A stretch of DNA of 64,000 bases from Candidatus Bathyarchaeota archaeon (GTDB taxonomy: Archaea > Thermoproteota > Bathyarchaeia > Bathyarchaeales > Bathycorpusculaceae), in assembly GCA_963707955.1 (NCBI GenBank), contig OY970176.1, positions 128,001 through 192,000 of the forward strand, in the 5' to 3' direction. The notes under the pieces are model-generated. The model was not told where the DNA came from. It made no database searches and saw only the letters and a program-made list of their open reading frames with translations. Each line of letters begins with the position of its first letter. Position 1 is the first letter of the stretch. This document shows positions 47,915 through 58,357 of the stretch, piece after piece. The position numbers and the translations under genes were made by a program.

Positions 47915-48832
47915 ATGGAAGCCGTGAAAACTGTTGACCTAGTTAAGGTTTACAAGGGCAAAGAGACTGTTGAGGCTCTAAAAGGGGTAAGTCTCTCTGT
48001 AAAGAAGGGTGAGCTTTTCACTCTCTTGGGGCCAAACGGTGCGGGAAAGACCACTTTTCTGAGGATAATTGCCACGCAGCTTCTGCTGACCAGAGGGGAG
48101 GCGTATGTTTTTCAGCTTAACGTGACGTCGGAGCCGAAGGATGTGCGTAGGCACATTGCTGTTGTTCCGCAGGACGTTCAGACCTATGGCAGCTTTACGC
48201 CTTGGGAGTACTGCTACTACTTCTCGATGTTGCGTGGCATGTCAAGGAATGAGGTGCAGAGAAACGGCGAGAAGGCTTTGAAGGCTGTTGACTTATGGGG
48301 TCTGAGAAACCGGCAGTGCACGAGCCTTTCCGGCGGGGAGAGGAAACGTGCAGTTATAGCTTCTGTGCTGTGTTCTGATGCTGACCTTCTGATGCTTGAT
48401 GAGCCGACGAGTGGGTTGGATGCAGTTGCAAGAAGAAAGGTCTGGGCGGTTCTTAGGGAAATGGTTGGACAAGGAAGGTCCATCCTGTTGACGACCCACA
48501 TCATGGAGGAAGCCGAAATGCTGTCCGACAGGCTTGCAGTGATCAACAAGGGACTGGTCGTTGCTGAAGGAACTCCTCAGGAGATAAGGGGTTTGGCACA
48601 GGAGAAGTATCGCGTCGTCGTGGAAGGCAAACTGGAGGACATTTCTGCTCTTCAGGCGATTTGTCGTACTGCGAAGTTTGGCAGCAGGCAAATCTTCTAT
48701 TTCAAGGCTGAGGATGAGGCTTTGGGACTTGCGAAGGCGGCTCTGAAGAGGGGGTTGAAGGCCGAGATAGCGCCGACCACGCTTGAAGACGTTTTTGTTG
48801 AGCTTGTCGGTGGAGAACAGTATGAACCTTAA
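47915..48832 (+). CDS. ABC transporter ATP-binding protein
   Basis: GPNGAGKT, LSGGE, LDEPTSGLD, TTH. Confidence 0.9.
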   Translation: MEAVKTVDLVKVYKGKETVEALKGVSLSVKKGELFTLLGPNGAGKTTFLRIIATQLLLTRGEAYVFQLNVTSEPKDVRRHIAVVPQDVQTYGSFTPWEYCYYFSMLRGMSRNEVQRNGEKALKAVDLWGLRNRQCTSLSGGERKRAVIASVLCSDADLLMLDEPTSGLDAVARRKVWAVLREMVGQGRSILLTTHIMEEAEMLSDRLAVINKGLVVAEGTPQEIRGLAQEKYRVVVEGKLEDISALQAICRTAKFGSRQIFYFKAEDEALGLAKAALKRGLKAEIAPTTLEDVFVELVGGEQYEP

Positions 48833-49565
48833 ACCCTTGAAAGACGTCTACATTATCGCTACGATGAAGGCCATTCCGGACATTAAGAGACAGCCGTTGT
48901 CGTTGATCATCATAACCTTCTTGAGTTTTATTCCGCTGTTCTTCACCTACTTCTTCGGGGGGCAAAACTACGCCTACGCCCTCGTTGGTGGAATGGTCGG
49001 TTCCATCGGTTTCATCGGTTTGGCCTCAGCAGTGCAGGACATTACTTGGGACAGGTACGTGAAAATAAGAGAGATGATCGTGGCCATGCCTGTTCACCCT
49101 CTTTCCTACTCCTTCGGTGTGGCATTGTCCAAGCTGTTGTACGCGTCTCCTGGTTTCATAATCTTCGTAGTGATTTCCACTGTTTTTCGGATCCTTCCTC
49201 TTTCGTCGCTGGGCTGGGTTGTAGCCGCGGTGTTTCTGTGCTGGGCGGCTTTAAGCAGCATCGGGTTCGTCATGTCGACCTATCTGAGGAACGCGAACAT
49301 AAACACGCTGAACAATGTGTCCAACATCCTTGGAATACTGTTCATTTTCCTGCCACCCGTGTTCTATTCTGAGCAGGTTTGGGGTAGTTTCCATTGGTTA
49401 GCAATCGTTTTTCCAACTTCGAATGCTGCTGGATTAATAAAGTCTTACGCAGGTATTTCGCCCTTGACGTCTGAAATAGTGCTGATTCGCTGGCTCGTTC
49501 TTATCATAACGACCGTAGTCTCGTTGCTGTTGGTGGCTCTTAAGAGTAGGTGGAGAGAAGAATAG
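48822..49565 (+). CDS. ABC-2 permease
   Basis: Six hydrophobic segments, PPVFY; overlaps the ATPase gene. Confidence 0.85.
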   Translation: MNLKPLKDVYIIATMKAIPDIKRQPLSLIIITFLSFIPLFFTYFFGGQNYAYALVGGMVGSIGFIGLASAVQDITWDRYVKIREMIVAMPVHPLSYSFGVALSKLLYASPGFIIFVVISTVFRILPLSSLGWVVAAVFLCWAALSSIGFVMSTYLRNANINTLNNVSNILGILFIFLPPVFYSEQVWGSFHWLAIVFPTSNAAGLIKSYAGISPLTSEIVLIRWLVLIITTVVSLLLVALKSRWREE

Positions 49566-49614
49566 CGATTTGTAAATGCAACATGGATCAAACATTAGAA
49601 AGCTTGTGAAGGTC

Positions 49615-50007
49615 ATGAACGAGGGTTTGACAATTTCTATAAACAAAGAGTTGCTTGAAGCAATTCTTGAGGGTGCAAGGAGGCTATATCCTAAGGAAAC
49701 TATGTTGCTTCTCAGAGGAAAAAAAAGCAAGAAGTCTGTAGAAATAAGTGACCTTCTCATTCCCCCGCTTGCCACGTATGGTCGGGGCTTTTCAAGCCTT
49801 CCGCTTCACATGCTGCCCATGGACTTCTCTCTTGTGGGAACAGCGCATAGTCACCCTTCAGGGAACCTGATGCCCTCGTACACTGACCTGAACCATTTCT
49901 TCGGCGTGGTACTCATGATCACAGCGTTCCCTTTTAGAAACAAGGAAAACGTGGCCGTCTACAATCGCAGCGGAGAGAAGCTGACGCTTCACGTGACCGA
50001 AGCCTAA
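49615..50007 (+). CDS. JAMM/MPN+ metalloprotease
   Basis: PKE..HSHPSG..PSYTD (E..HxH-x7-S-xx-D). Confidence 0.88.
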   Translation: MNEGLTISINKELLEAILEGARRLYPKETMLLLRGKKSKKSVEISDLLIPPLATYGRGFSSLPLHMLPMDFSLVGTAHSHPSGNLMPSYTDLNHFFGVVLMITAFPFRNKENVAVYNRSGEKLTLHVTEA

Positions 50008-50071
50008 AGAAAAATCAAGAGAGGAAAAACGTAAATCATCTTATTGATTTTTCATCCATCTGTGGCAGCCT

Positions 50072-51175
50072 TTGTTGACAAGAGTCATAATGCTGGTTGA
50101 CTTGGACTACTTCTTTGCGCAATGCGAGGAGCTGCGAAACCCAGCGCTCAGGGACAAACCAGTAGTGGTCTGCGTCTATTCTGGGCGCAGCAAAGACAGC
50201 GGAGCCGTGAGCACTGCAAACTACATCGCTCGAAAATACGGAGTGAAGTCTGGCATACCGATTTTTTTGGCGAAAAAGAAACTCGAAAGCGGTGATGCCG
50301 CATTTCTGGCCGTTGACCATCAGTTCTACGAGGAAGTTTCAGAGAAGGTTATGAACCTGCTCGAAGCCTACGCTGACCAATTCGAGCAGGTGGGCATAGA
50401 TGAAGCGTACCTTGACGTGACCGAACGGGTAGGTGGAAGCTTTCAAGAAGCCAAACTGCTGGCTGAGACGGTAAAGACTGAGATGCGAAATCAGCTGAAA
50501 CTCACCTGTTCAGTCGGGGTTGGGCCCAACAAGCTTGTCGCAAAGATCGCCGCCGACGAGAAAAAACCGGGCGGTCTAACCGTGATAGCCCCCAATCAAG
50601 TCAAGAGCTTCCTGGCACCGCTTCCGGTAGATCGGCTCATCGGTGTTGGAACCAAGACACTGGAAAAGATGCAGACGCTGGGAATAAGCAAGGTCGGCGA
50701 CCTGGCAAACTATGACGTGCAGAAGTTGATTGCAGTTTTCGGCAAGACCCTTGGAACCTATTTCCACAACGCCTCACTCGGCATGGACAACGAGCCTGTC
50801 CAGGAAAGGGGCGAAGCAGAATCCATAAGCAGGATTGCCACTTTGAAACAGGACACTATGGATCTGACTCTAATCTTGGAGCAGACTGATCGCATCTGTA
50901 ACGAGGTGTACGACAGAATTATGGAGGAAAAGCTCACTTTCAAAACAGTAGGCATAGTTGCGATCACGAAAGACATGAAAGTTCACACTAGGTCCAGGAC
51001 GTTCGAAAACTCGTCGAACAGCCTTGAACTGATAAAGAAAACTGTGGTTGAGCTTTTTGAAAAGTTTCAGAGCGACACTCAGCTCGAGACGCGAAGAGTC
51101 GGTGTTAAGGTGTCAAACTTTGCTGGATTGGAGAAAGGTCAGAAGCAGATAACAAGCTTCATTGAACCAGCTTGA
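50072..51175 (+). CDS. dinB: DNA polymerase IV (Y family, Dbh/Dpo4)
   Basis: DLDYFFAQ, TANYIAR, IDEAYLD, NKLVAKIA; C-terminal PIP QKQITSFI. Confidence 0.95.
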   Translation: MLTRVIMLVDLDYFFAQCEELRNPALRDKPVVVCVYSGRSKDSGAVSTANYIARKYGVKSGIPIFLAKKKLESGDAAFLAVDHQFYEEVSEKVMNLLEAYADQFEQVGIDEAYLDVTERVGGSFQEAKLLAETVKTEMRNQLKLTCSVGVGPNKLVAKIAADEKKPGGLTVIAPNQVKSFLAPLPVDRLIGVGTKTLEKMQTLGISKVGDLANYDVQKLIAVFGKTLGTYFHNASLGMDNEPVQERGEAESISRIATLKQDTMDLTLILEQTDRICNEVYDRIMEEKLTFKTVGIVAITKDMKVHTRSRTFENSSNSLELIKKTVVELFEKFQSDTQLETRRVGVKVSNFAGLEKGQKQITSFIEPA

Positions 51176-51344
51176 GGCCAACTCTAGCTCAACGGTTCAA
51201 GAAGTTGTCAGCAATCGTCAAGGGGAGTTATGTGACTGTCCACGCGGAGAACTGACACCGTAAGGCGGAGGATAATGTCTTAGGGCTGGAAGAACACGGA
51301 AACCTATTCTACGCAATCGATGCAGGATTAACCGTGCGTTCAGC

Positions 51345-52034
51345 CTATGGGAGGGTTAAGACCTCGACTTTAGCCTTGTGTCCATCCTTGAGCTTGAGGT
51401 GTTTTCTCAGGGGAATTGGAGCGATGATTTCGAGCACGGAAGCATCGTAGTGGCTTCTGAGCGCTAGGATCAGGGCGCCTTTTGCCTTGTTGTCTATTAT
51501 CACAGGGTAACATTTCACCGGTCCGAACGTTCGGTCTTCACTCTTGAAGCCTTCGATCTCCACAGCGGGGTAAGCTTCAAGTTCGCTTCGAGCCTTGATG
51601 TCATAATCAGTTGTGAGCCTCAGGTTGAGGGTTCCTGGGTAAGGGTCAAACCCCAGTTTCTCGATGAACTGCTTTCTGTACCCTTCTTTTGAGATGTAGT
51701 AGGCTCCTTCGCCGAGGCCGGTGAAAACCGTTCCCTCCAAGGTTATCGACGGTGGGTAGGTTGCCTCCATCAGGAAGCGCAGGGTTGAATAGAGCTTGTT
51801 CAACTCTGTGATGCCTGTCTGCGTGATTTTTATGAGGCAGCCCTCAGGCGTTATGGTCCTGTTGATCCACCCCTTACGGTCAAGCTCGATAAGATATCTC
51901 GACGCTGTCTGCTGAGATATGTTCAGCTTCTGAGCCAAGTACTCAGTTGATATTTTGGCGGTCCTTCGATGAGCTCCCATTTCGGCCAGCTTAAGCAGCG
52001 TGAACACGTGCCGAGAAGAATAGTTTTCAATCAT
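51345..52034 (-). CDS. ribK: CTP-dependent riboflavin kinase with N-terminal wHTH (RbkR type)
   Basis: SQQTASR, GLGEGAYY, PYPGTLN. Confidence 0.92.
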   Translation of the reverse strand: MIENYSSRHVFTLLKLAEMGAHRRTAKISTEYLAQKLNISQQTASRYLIELDRKGWINRTITPEGCLIKITQTGITELNKLYSTLRFLMEATYPPSITLEGTVFTGLGEGAYYISKEGYRKQFIEKLGFDPYPGTLNLRLTTDYDIKARSELEAYPAVEIEGFKSEDRTFGPVKCYPVIIDNKAKGALILALRSHYDASVLEIIAPIPLRKHLKLKDGHKAKVEVLTLP

Positions 52035-52266
52035 CTAGGAGCCCCGGTTCGCGTTTAGTACGAAGTAGACGTTTCCATATTTAAGCGGCTCGAAAGCACC
52101 CGATGAGCGAGTGAAACACGTTTCGGCGGCGCACGAAACAAAGATGGGCCTAACCTTGGTTAAACAAACTGCGCAAGATGAAGATATATCCCGTACAATT
52201 CTATTTTTTCTTGTTCGGCCTTGACGATTGCGTGATTCCCGATGATGGCCGCCACCTTTCTGGTCA

Positions 52267-52319
52267 TGTGCGCGTACGGCCTACCCCTCCGGTCTGACAT
52301 ATGATACAAATATGGTCAG
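52267..52319 (-). repeat. Dispersed intergenic repeat, copy 3 (core)
   Basis: Reverse complement aligns with 21119-21159 and 43792-43841. Confidence 0.65.
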
Positions 52320-52512
52320 CGTTTACTACGACACCAAACGTGGAAATAGAGCGGAGACCATCCCAAGCGATGGAAACGTCCCGACTTTGGCTGCGGATTC
52401 AATGGCCAATCCTAGGAGGGTTCAGTAAAAGCCATGGGAAGTTTATACATGTTTAAACAGTCCATACAGAATTTTTATTTGAAGCTATTTCATTAAACTT
52501 GATCTCTGGGCG

Positions 52513-53430
52513 TTGAGTATGGAAGAAGCTGCGGCGTTTGCACCCTGCCACATCACCGGGATCTTCCAGATATTTGATCAATCAGCAGACCTTTTGAGCG
52601 CTGGCTCCAAAGGTGCTGGCGTTTCATTGAATTTAGGGGCCAAAACAACCGTTAAAGTCGAAAAAGGTCCTAGACACCGTTTGCACGTGAACATTAACCA
52701 TCAAGCCGCAGACTGTGCGTACCTATCAGAGCGTGTTGTCAGCGCTTTTCTTTCGCGTTTGAGCGAGGCATTTCACTTTGAAATCACAGTCGAACATCAG
52801 ATAGAAGCTCCAATAGGCGCAGGTTTCGGGACGAGTGGAGCTGCAGCGCTAAGTCTTGCCCTTGCCTTGAACGAAGCCCTAGGGTTGGGCATGTCAAAAA
52901 TACAGTCTGCACAAATTGCACACGTCGCTGAAATCGAATGTAAGACTGGGCTTGGAACAGTCATAGCCGAAACGTTCGGCGGGCTTGAAATCAGGATCAA
53001 ACCGGGGGCGCCTGGAATCGGGGAGATCAAGTGCCTTCCAATCTCAGAAAACGCTGTGGTTGCCTGCCATGTTTTCGGACCTCTTTCTACGAGAAAGTAC
53101 CTGACCGACGCCGAAACTCGCTCGCGGATAAACAGGTTTGGCGGGGAGCTAGTGAACGAATTGGTCAAAGCACCAACTATCATCAACTTCTTGAGGCTCT
53201 CTCGCCGGTTCGCTGAACATGTTGGACTGATAACTGAAAAAGTCAGAAACATCTTAAACGCAGCGGACGAAGCTGGCGTAGTGTGCAGTATGCCGATGTT
53301 CGGAGAATGCGCGTTCACAATAACCGATGTGGATAGGCTCGGGCGAATTCTTCAGGTCTTCCGTAAAGATGGCTCAGGTGGTCATACAGTCGTAAGCAAG
53401 GTGGATCATGAAGGAGTGCGACTTCAGTGA
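52513..53430 (+). CDS. pok: Pantoate kinase (GHMP family)
   Basis: PCHITG, GSKGAG, PIGAGFGTSGA, AHVAE..TGLG. Confidence 0.92.
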   Translation: MSMEEAAAFAPCHITGIFQIFDQSADLLSAGSKGAGVSLNLGAKTTVKVEKGPRHRLHVNINHQAADCAYLSERVVSAFLSRLSEAFHFEITVEHQIEAPIGAGFGTSGAAALSLALALNEALGLGMSKIQSAQIAHVAEIECKTGLGTVIAETFGGLEIRIKPGAPGIGEIKCLPISENAVVACHVFGPLSTRKYLTDAETRSRINRFGGELVNELVKAPTIINFLRLSRRFAEHVGLITEKVRNILNAADEAGVVCSMPMFGECAFTITDVDRLGRILQVFRKDGSGGHTVVSKVDHEGVRLQ

Positions 53431-54221
53431 CTGATACTAAGATCCCCGATGATCATCCTAGAGCAAAGTCCTTGTACACACGAGAGAAGCTAATCAATAG
53501 TTATCTCGAAGGAATTGTCGCTGCTTCAGGCCTCATTGCGCATGGCCGTGGAGAAGCTTTCGATTACTTGCTGGGCGAAAAAACCAGCAAACCGGCTCTG
53601 GAAGCCATTGAAGCTGCAGCAGCCATGTTTCTGACAGCAAGAAACCCTGTTATCTCTGTCAACGGGAACACTGCGGCTTTAGTTGCTGAAGAAGTTGTGA
53701 AGCTCGCTAACGTTACAGGATCGAAGATTGAAGTCAACCTCTTCTATAGGTCCCGTGCAAGGGAGCTTGCAATAAGGAAGTTGCTTGAAAAAGCAGGTGC
53801 ACATGAAGTTCTTGGAGTGGGAAAAAACGCGTCTGCAAGAATTCCAGAGTTAAGCAGCGAGAGGCGACGCGTTGATCCAAGGGGGATACTTGCGGCTGAT
53901 GTGGTCATGGTGCCATTGGAAGATGGAGATAGGACGGAAACTCTTGTTAAGATCGGGAAAAAGGTGATAGCAATAGACTTGAACCCTCTTTCTCGGACGG
54001 CGGTAAAAGCGACCATCACGATAGTCGACAACATCGTAAGATCAGCGCCGAAGCTCGTTGAAACTGTTGAGAAGCTGAAAAATCAAGGCGTGGGCAAGTG
54101 TAGAGAAATCTTGAGAAACTTTGACAACAGAAAAAACCTTGCCAAATCCATAATTCTGATCAAAGAAAACCTCTCAAAGTTCGTAGCAGAAGGGGTTACT
54201 GAGCGGGGGCGAGCAATGTGA
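53427..54221 (+). CDS. pps: Phosphopantothenate synthetase
   Basis: HPR..SL..RE, GLIAHGRGEAFDYLLGE, VPLEDGDR, DLNPLSRT. Confidence 0.95.
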   Translation: MTDTKIPDDHPRAKSLYTREKLINSYLEGIVAASGLIAHGRGEAFDYLLGEKTSKPALEAIEAAAAMFLTARNPVISVNGNTAALVAEEVVKLANVTGSKIEVNLFYRSRARELAIRKLLEKAGAHEVLGVGKNASARIPELSSERRRVDPRGILAADVVMVPLEDGDRTETLVKIGKKVIAIDLNPLSRTAVKATITIVDNIVRSAPKLVETVEKLKNQGVGKCREILRNFDNRKNLAKSIILIKENLSKFVAEGVTERGRAM

Positions 54222-55126
54222 CATTCAACAAGATTTTCATCCTAGGCGCTGGTGGCATAGGAAGTGTCATCGGCGCTCTGCTATCAAAAAAGAATGATGC
54301 AACTCTAATTGGAAACAAGGCACACGTAGACGCCGTAAAATCAAAGGGTTTGTTAGTCGCAAGTAACATTAATGAAACTTTTCGCTTAGGGGCTGACACG
54401 CAAATTCGAGAAATACCTCAGGGAACTCTGATTTTCCTGACCACAAAGGCTTATGACTCGAAAAAGGCGGTGGAAGGAATAAGTAGACTTCTCAGGAAAG
54501 ACACGGCCATTCTGGTTCTGCAGAATGGTCTTGAAAACGAAGAGATTGTCAAACGCGCTGTCGGCTACAAAGCCAAGGTTTTAAGAGGAATAACAAACAT
54601 GGCAGCAGAGTTCTTCAAAGCAGGAGAGATAAAGTATTGGACAGGTGAAACAACGATCGAACACGATGGTGTGGCGGAGGAAATCGCAGCCATAATGAAT
54701 AACTCCGGTCTCAAGGCAAGCGTTTCCAACAACATCAAAAACGAAGCATGGAGCAAGGTCGTCCTCAACAGCGTGATAAACCCGCTGACCGCAATCTTTC
54801 GCGTTAAAAATCGCGAAATCTCCACGCAACCTCTGGCAGAAGTTAGGCATCAGATTATCCGAGAATGCGTCCAAGTTGGAAATTCTGAAGGCGTAACCTT
54901 TCCGAAGGATTTAGAAAAAGGAATCGGCAAAGAGATCATCAGCTACACAAATTACTCTTCGATGTGCCAAGACATAATGAGGGGAAAGAGAACAGAAATT
55001 GACTTCCTCAACGGAAAAATAGTTGAGCTCGGTGCAAGACACAGTATTCCAACACCAGTGAACGAAACCCTCGTCCATCTGATAAAATTTCTGGAGGAAA
55101 AAGGTGAACTTCCAAGAAAAAATTAA
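54218..55126 (+). CDS. panE: Ketopantoate reductase
   Basis: GAGGIG, TKAYD, LQNGL, W.KVVLN, SSMCQD, TEIDFLNG; within the CoA operon. Confidence 0.92.
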   Translation: MTFNKIFILGAGGIGSVIGALLSKKNDATLIGNKAHVDAVKSKGLLVASNINETFRLGADTQIREIPQGTLIFLTTKAYDSKKAVEGISRLLRKDTAILVLQNGLENEEIVKRAVGYKAKVLRGITNMAAEFFKAGEIKYWTGETTIEHDGVAEEIAAIMNNSGLKASVSNNIKNEAWSKVVLNSVINPLTAIFRVKNREISTQPLAEVRHQIIRECVQVGNSEGVTFPKDLEKGIGKEIISYTNYSSMCQDIMRGKRTEIDFLNGKIVELGARHSIPTPVNETLVHLIKFLEEKGELPRKN

Positions 55127-55874
55127 GCAAAAGAAAGGCAGAGAAAAAATCACAATGTTGACGGCCTACGACTTTCAGATGGGCAGGATACTGGATCACA
55201 CTGACGTCGACTTGATTCTTGTAGGCGACAGTTCAGGCATGGTAGTGCAGGGTTATAGCGACACCAAGAGCGTGACGATGGCAGACATGATTTTTCACGT
55301 GAAGGCAGTGGCAAGAGGAGTCAAATCCAAGCCGATAATCGGAGACATGCCGATCAACAGTTGCAACGCCGTACAAGACTGCCTAAAGAACGCCAGACAA
55401 TTTCTGGAAGCAGGAGCGCACGGAGTCAAAATCGAAGGAAAGAAAACAGATGCCATAAGAGCCTTGATAAGCAGCGGAATTCCCGTGATGGGTCACGTCG
55501 GAATGCTCCCTCAAATGGCAGAAGCCTACCACGTTAAAGGAAAAAATCCTGAAGAAGCCGCACAGATTTTGCAGGACGCTCAGGCTCTGGATAGACTCGG
55601 CGTGTTTTCCATAGTGCTAGAATGCATTCCTCAAAGTCTGGCAAAAACGATAACCGAATCCGTAACTGTTCCCACGATAGGCATCGGAGCCGGAAAACAC
55701 TGTGACGGGCAGGTCTTGGTTGTAAATGATATGCTTGGTTTCGACGAGATCTTCAAACCGAAATATGTAAAGGCGTATGCAAATCTGAATAAGACGATAA
55801 CGAAAGCTGTGGCGAAGTTCATCAAAGAAGTCTCCACGGGCAAATACCCGGACGAGGAACACACCTACCATTAG
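55104..55874 (+). CDS. panB: Ketopantoate hydroxymethyltransferase
   Basis: MLTAYD, LVGDS, DMP, KIEG, GHVG..PQ, IGIGAG..DGQVLV. Confidence 0.96.
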   Translation: MNFQEKIKQKKGREKITMLTAYDFQMGRILDHTDVDLILVGDSSGMVVQGYSDTKSVTMADMIFHVKAVARGVKSKPIIGDMPINSCNAVQDCLKNARQFLEAGAHGVKIEGKKTDAIRALISSGIPVMGHVGMLPQMAEAYHVKGKNPEEAAQILQDAQALDRLGVFSIVLECIPQSLAKTITESVTVPTIGIGAGKHCDGQVLVVNDMLGFDEIFKPKYVKAYANLNKTITKAVAKFIKEVSTGKYPDEEHTYH

Positions 55875-55895
55875 GCTACATGGCGGTCGTGAAGA

Positions 55896-57059
55896 ATGAA
55901 TGCCAAAGGCTTGCCTGAAAAAACACTCATGGAAGACCTTGAGTCAAGGCTGCAAGAAGATTTCACGTACAATTCTGGAAGAATCATCGGTTCAATGTGC
56001 ACTAGCCCGCATCCACTAGCCAGAAGAGTATACGCTCGTTTTCTCGAGAAGAACCTGGGAGACTCCGGACTTTTCCCTGCTGTGGCAGAAATAGAAAGAG
56101 AAACAATTAGCATGCTCGGCACTCTTCTATCGAATCCAGAAGCATCAGGGCAAATAGTTACAGGGGGAACAGAAGCAAACGTTCTCGCACTATGGACCGC
56201 CAAGAAGCTTGCGAAGAAAACCAGCTGTGAAGTGGTAGTGCCCGCATCAGCCCACTGCTCCTTCGACAAAGCCGCAGATCTGCTAGGATTGAAACTTGTC
56301 AAGGCAAGGTTGAACAGCAAGTTCCAAGTTGATGTGGGAGCCGTCAAAAAAGCAATAAATCAGAGAACTATAGCGATCGTGGGCATAGCCGGCTCAACGG
56401 GGCTAGGTGCAGTCGATCCGATAGACGAGCTCTCCGAACTCGCCTTGGAAAAGAACCTGTACTTCCACGTGGACGCCGCTTTCGGAGGGTTCGTGCTTCC
56501 GTTTTTGAAAGACTTAGGATATAACGTGCAGAATTTTGACTTTGCAGTCCCCGGAGTCCTTTCCATGACAATTGACCCTCACAAGATGGGGTTAGCTGCA
56601 ATCCCGGCTGGCGGGTTATTGTTCCGTAACGAAAACCTTAGAAAAAAAGTGGCATGGGACATCGCTTATCTATCGGGCGGAGAAACCGAACAAGCGACAC
56701 TTGTCGGAACACGTTCAGGCGCCTCAGCCATCGCTGTCTGGACCGTGATGAAACACTTTGGAAGAGAAGGCTATAAAAAAATCGTTGGAAAGTGCATGCG
56801 GCTAACGCTGCGGCTTGCGAAAGATATTCCGAAGATTAAGGGGTTGAACGTTGCAATGGAGCCGACAATGAACATTGTTGGATTGACATCGGACGTGTTC
56901 GATATCCGTAGTATAGCTGAGGAATTGAGGCTTAGAAAATGGGCCATCTCTCTCTTTCCGCGCCACATTCGAATCGTCATAATGCCTCACGTTCAGGAGC
57001 GGCACGTTGAGGATTTGCTGCAAGATTTAAACAAGATAGTCAAACAATTAAAAGGGTAG
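55896..57059 (+). CDS. mfnA: PLP-dependent tyrosine/aspartate decarboxylase
   Basis: GSMCT.PH, NLGD.GL, GGTEAN, HVDAAFGG, DPHKMG, GTRSG. Confidence 0.93.
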   Translation: MNAKGLPEKTLMEDLESRLQEDFTYNSGRIIGSMCTSPHPLARRVYARFLEKNLGDSGLFPAVAEIERETISMLGTLLSNPEASGQIVTGGTEANVLALWTAKKLAKKTSCEVVVPASAHCSFDKAADLLGLKLVKARLNSKFQVDVGAVKKAINQRTIAIVGIAGSTGLGAVDPIDELSELALEKNLYFHVDAAFGGFVLPFLKDLGYNVQNFDFAVPGVLSMTIDPHKMGLAAIPAGGLLFRNENLRKKVAWDIAYLSGGETEQATLVGTRSGASAIAVWTVMKHFGREGYKKIVGKCMRLTLRLAKDIPKIKGLNVAMEPTMNIVGLTSDVFDIRSIAEELRLRKWAISLFPRHIRIVIMPHVQERHVEDLLQDLNKIVKQLKG

Positions 57060-57060
57060 G

Positions 57061-58329
57061 TTGGAGGGATCAATTACGTCAACGCATCCGTCGAAGCAAA
57101 TTATTGGAACTCAAGGCAGTGAGCTGAGGGCAAAGCGTATAGTTCTATGTGTAACCGGCAGCGTGGCGGCTGTTCAGAGTCCAGAGATTGCACGTGCCAT
57201 CATGCGACACGGCGCCGAAGTGTTCGCTGTGATGTCGCCGATGGCCAAGAAAATTGTTCACCCTTATCTGATGGAATGGGCGACGGGGAACGAGGTGATA
57301 ACAGAGCTGACTGGCAAAATTGAGCACGTGGCCTTGGTCGGAGAGCACTCCTTGAGGGTAGACCTTGTTCTGGTGGCGCCTGCCACAGCAAACACCATAA
57401 GCAAGATCGCCTGCGGAATTGATGACACCACGGTCACATCCGTCGTCTCAACCGCCTTCGGTTCAAACTGTCCAATAATCATTGTTCCAGCGATGCATGA
57501 ATCCATGTACAACCATCCGATATTGACTAAGAACGTTAAAGAACTCAAAGCTCTGGGAGTAGAATTTGCAGGTCCAAGATTCGAGGAGGGGAAGGCAAAA
57601 ATCGCTAAAACCGAAGAAATCGTTGACGTGGTCATCCGTAGACTCACGGTCAGACAGGATTTCTCGGGTCTGAATGTGTTGATCACGGCGGGCGCAACCC
57701 TGGAGCACATAGACCCAGTTCGCGTCATCACGAACAAAAGCTCTGGAAAAATGGGTGTTGCAATAGCAGAGGAAGCCTTGAGCCGGGGAGCAGAGGTGAC
57801 ACTCGTCTACGGTTCAGGTACAGAAGCTCCTCCTTCAAGAGCTCATGTGCTCAGAGTTGAGTCAACACGGCAGATGCATGAGGCGGTCGTTTCTGAACTG
57901 AATTCTAGGAAGTATGATTTGGTTATAGCTGTTGCTGCGGCTGCTGATTGGGCGCTTGAGAAACCGTTTTCGTACAAGGTTTCGTCGCACGAGTTGCGTT
58001 CGCTTGATTTGAAGCTTAAGCCCACAGCGAAGATCATAGACAGCGTGAAAAAGGTAAGTCCCCGAACTTTTCTCGTAGCATTCCGCGCTGAATACAGGCT
58101 GCCCAAGAAGAGGTTGATTGAGAGCGCGTACGAGAGACTACTGAAAGCCAATGCAGATATTATCGTCGTTAACGACGTGGGAAAGAAGGGGGTTGGCTTC
58201 GCAACCGATACGAACGAGGTTTTCATAATTGACAAGGAGAAGAGCATAGTGCATGTGCCGCTGGCCAAGAAGCGAGAAGTTGCAAGGAAGATACTCGATG
58301 TTACGATTGACAGGATGAAACCAAAATAG
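57061..58329 (+). CDS. coaBC: Phosphopantothenoylcysteine decarboxylase/ligase
   Basis: TGSVAA, APATANT, PAMHESM, DPVR.ITNKSSGKMG. Confidence 0.96.
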   Translation: MEGSITSTHPSKQIIGTQGSELRAKRIVLCVTGSVAAVQSPEIARAIMRHGAEVFAVMSPMAKKIVHPYLMEWATGNEVITELTGKIEHVALVGEHSLRVDLVLVAPATANTISKIACGIDDTTVTSVVSTAFGSNCPIIIVPAMHESMYNHPILTKNVKELKALGVEFAGPRFEEGKAKIAKTEEIVDVVIRRLTVRQDFSGLNVLITAGATLEHIDPVRVITNKSSGKMGVAIAEEALSRGAEVTLVYGSGTEAPPSRAHVLRVESTRQMHEAVVSELNSRKYDLVIAVAAAADWALEKPFSYKVSSHELRSLDLKLKPTAKIIDSVKKVSPRTFLVAFRAEYRLPKKRLIESAYERLLKANADIIVVNDVGKKGVGFATDTNEVFIIDKEKSIVHVPLAKKREVARKILDVTIDRMKPK

Positions 58330-58357
58330 TCTTAATAACAGTTCAGACGCGTTAAAC

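Noticed and set aside
52098-52130. Hammerhead-like CCGATGAG..GAAAC
   Set aside because: The core is CCGAUGA rather than CUGAUGA, and stems II and III cannot form properly.
52241-52297. C/D-box sRNA (ATGATGG...CTGA)
   Set aside because: Imperfect C box, no clear C'/D' boxes and no identifiable target; it overlaps the dispersed repeat.
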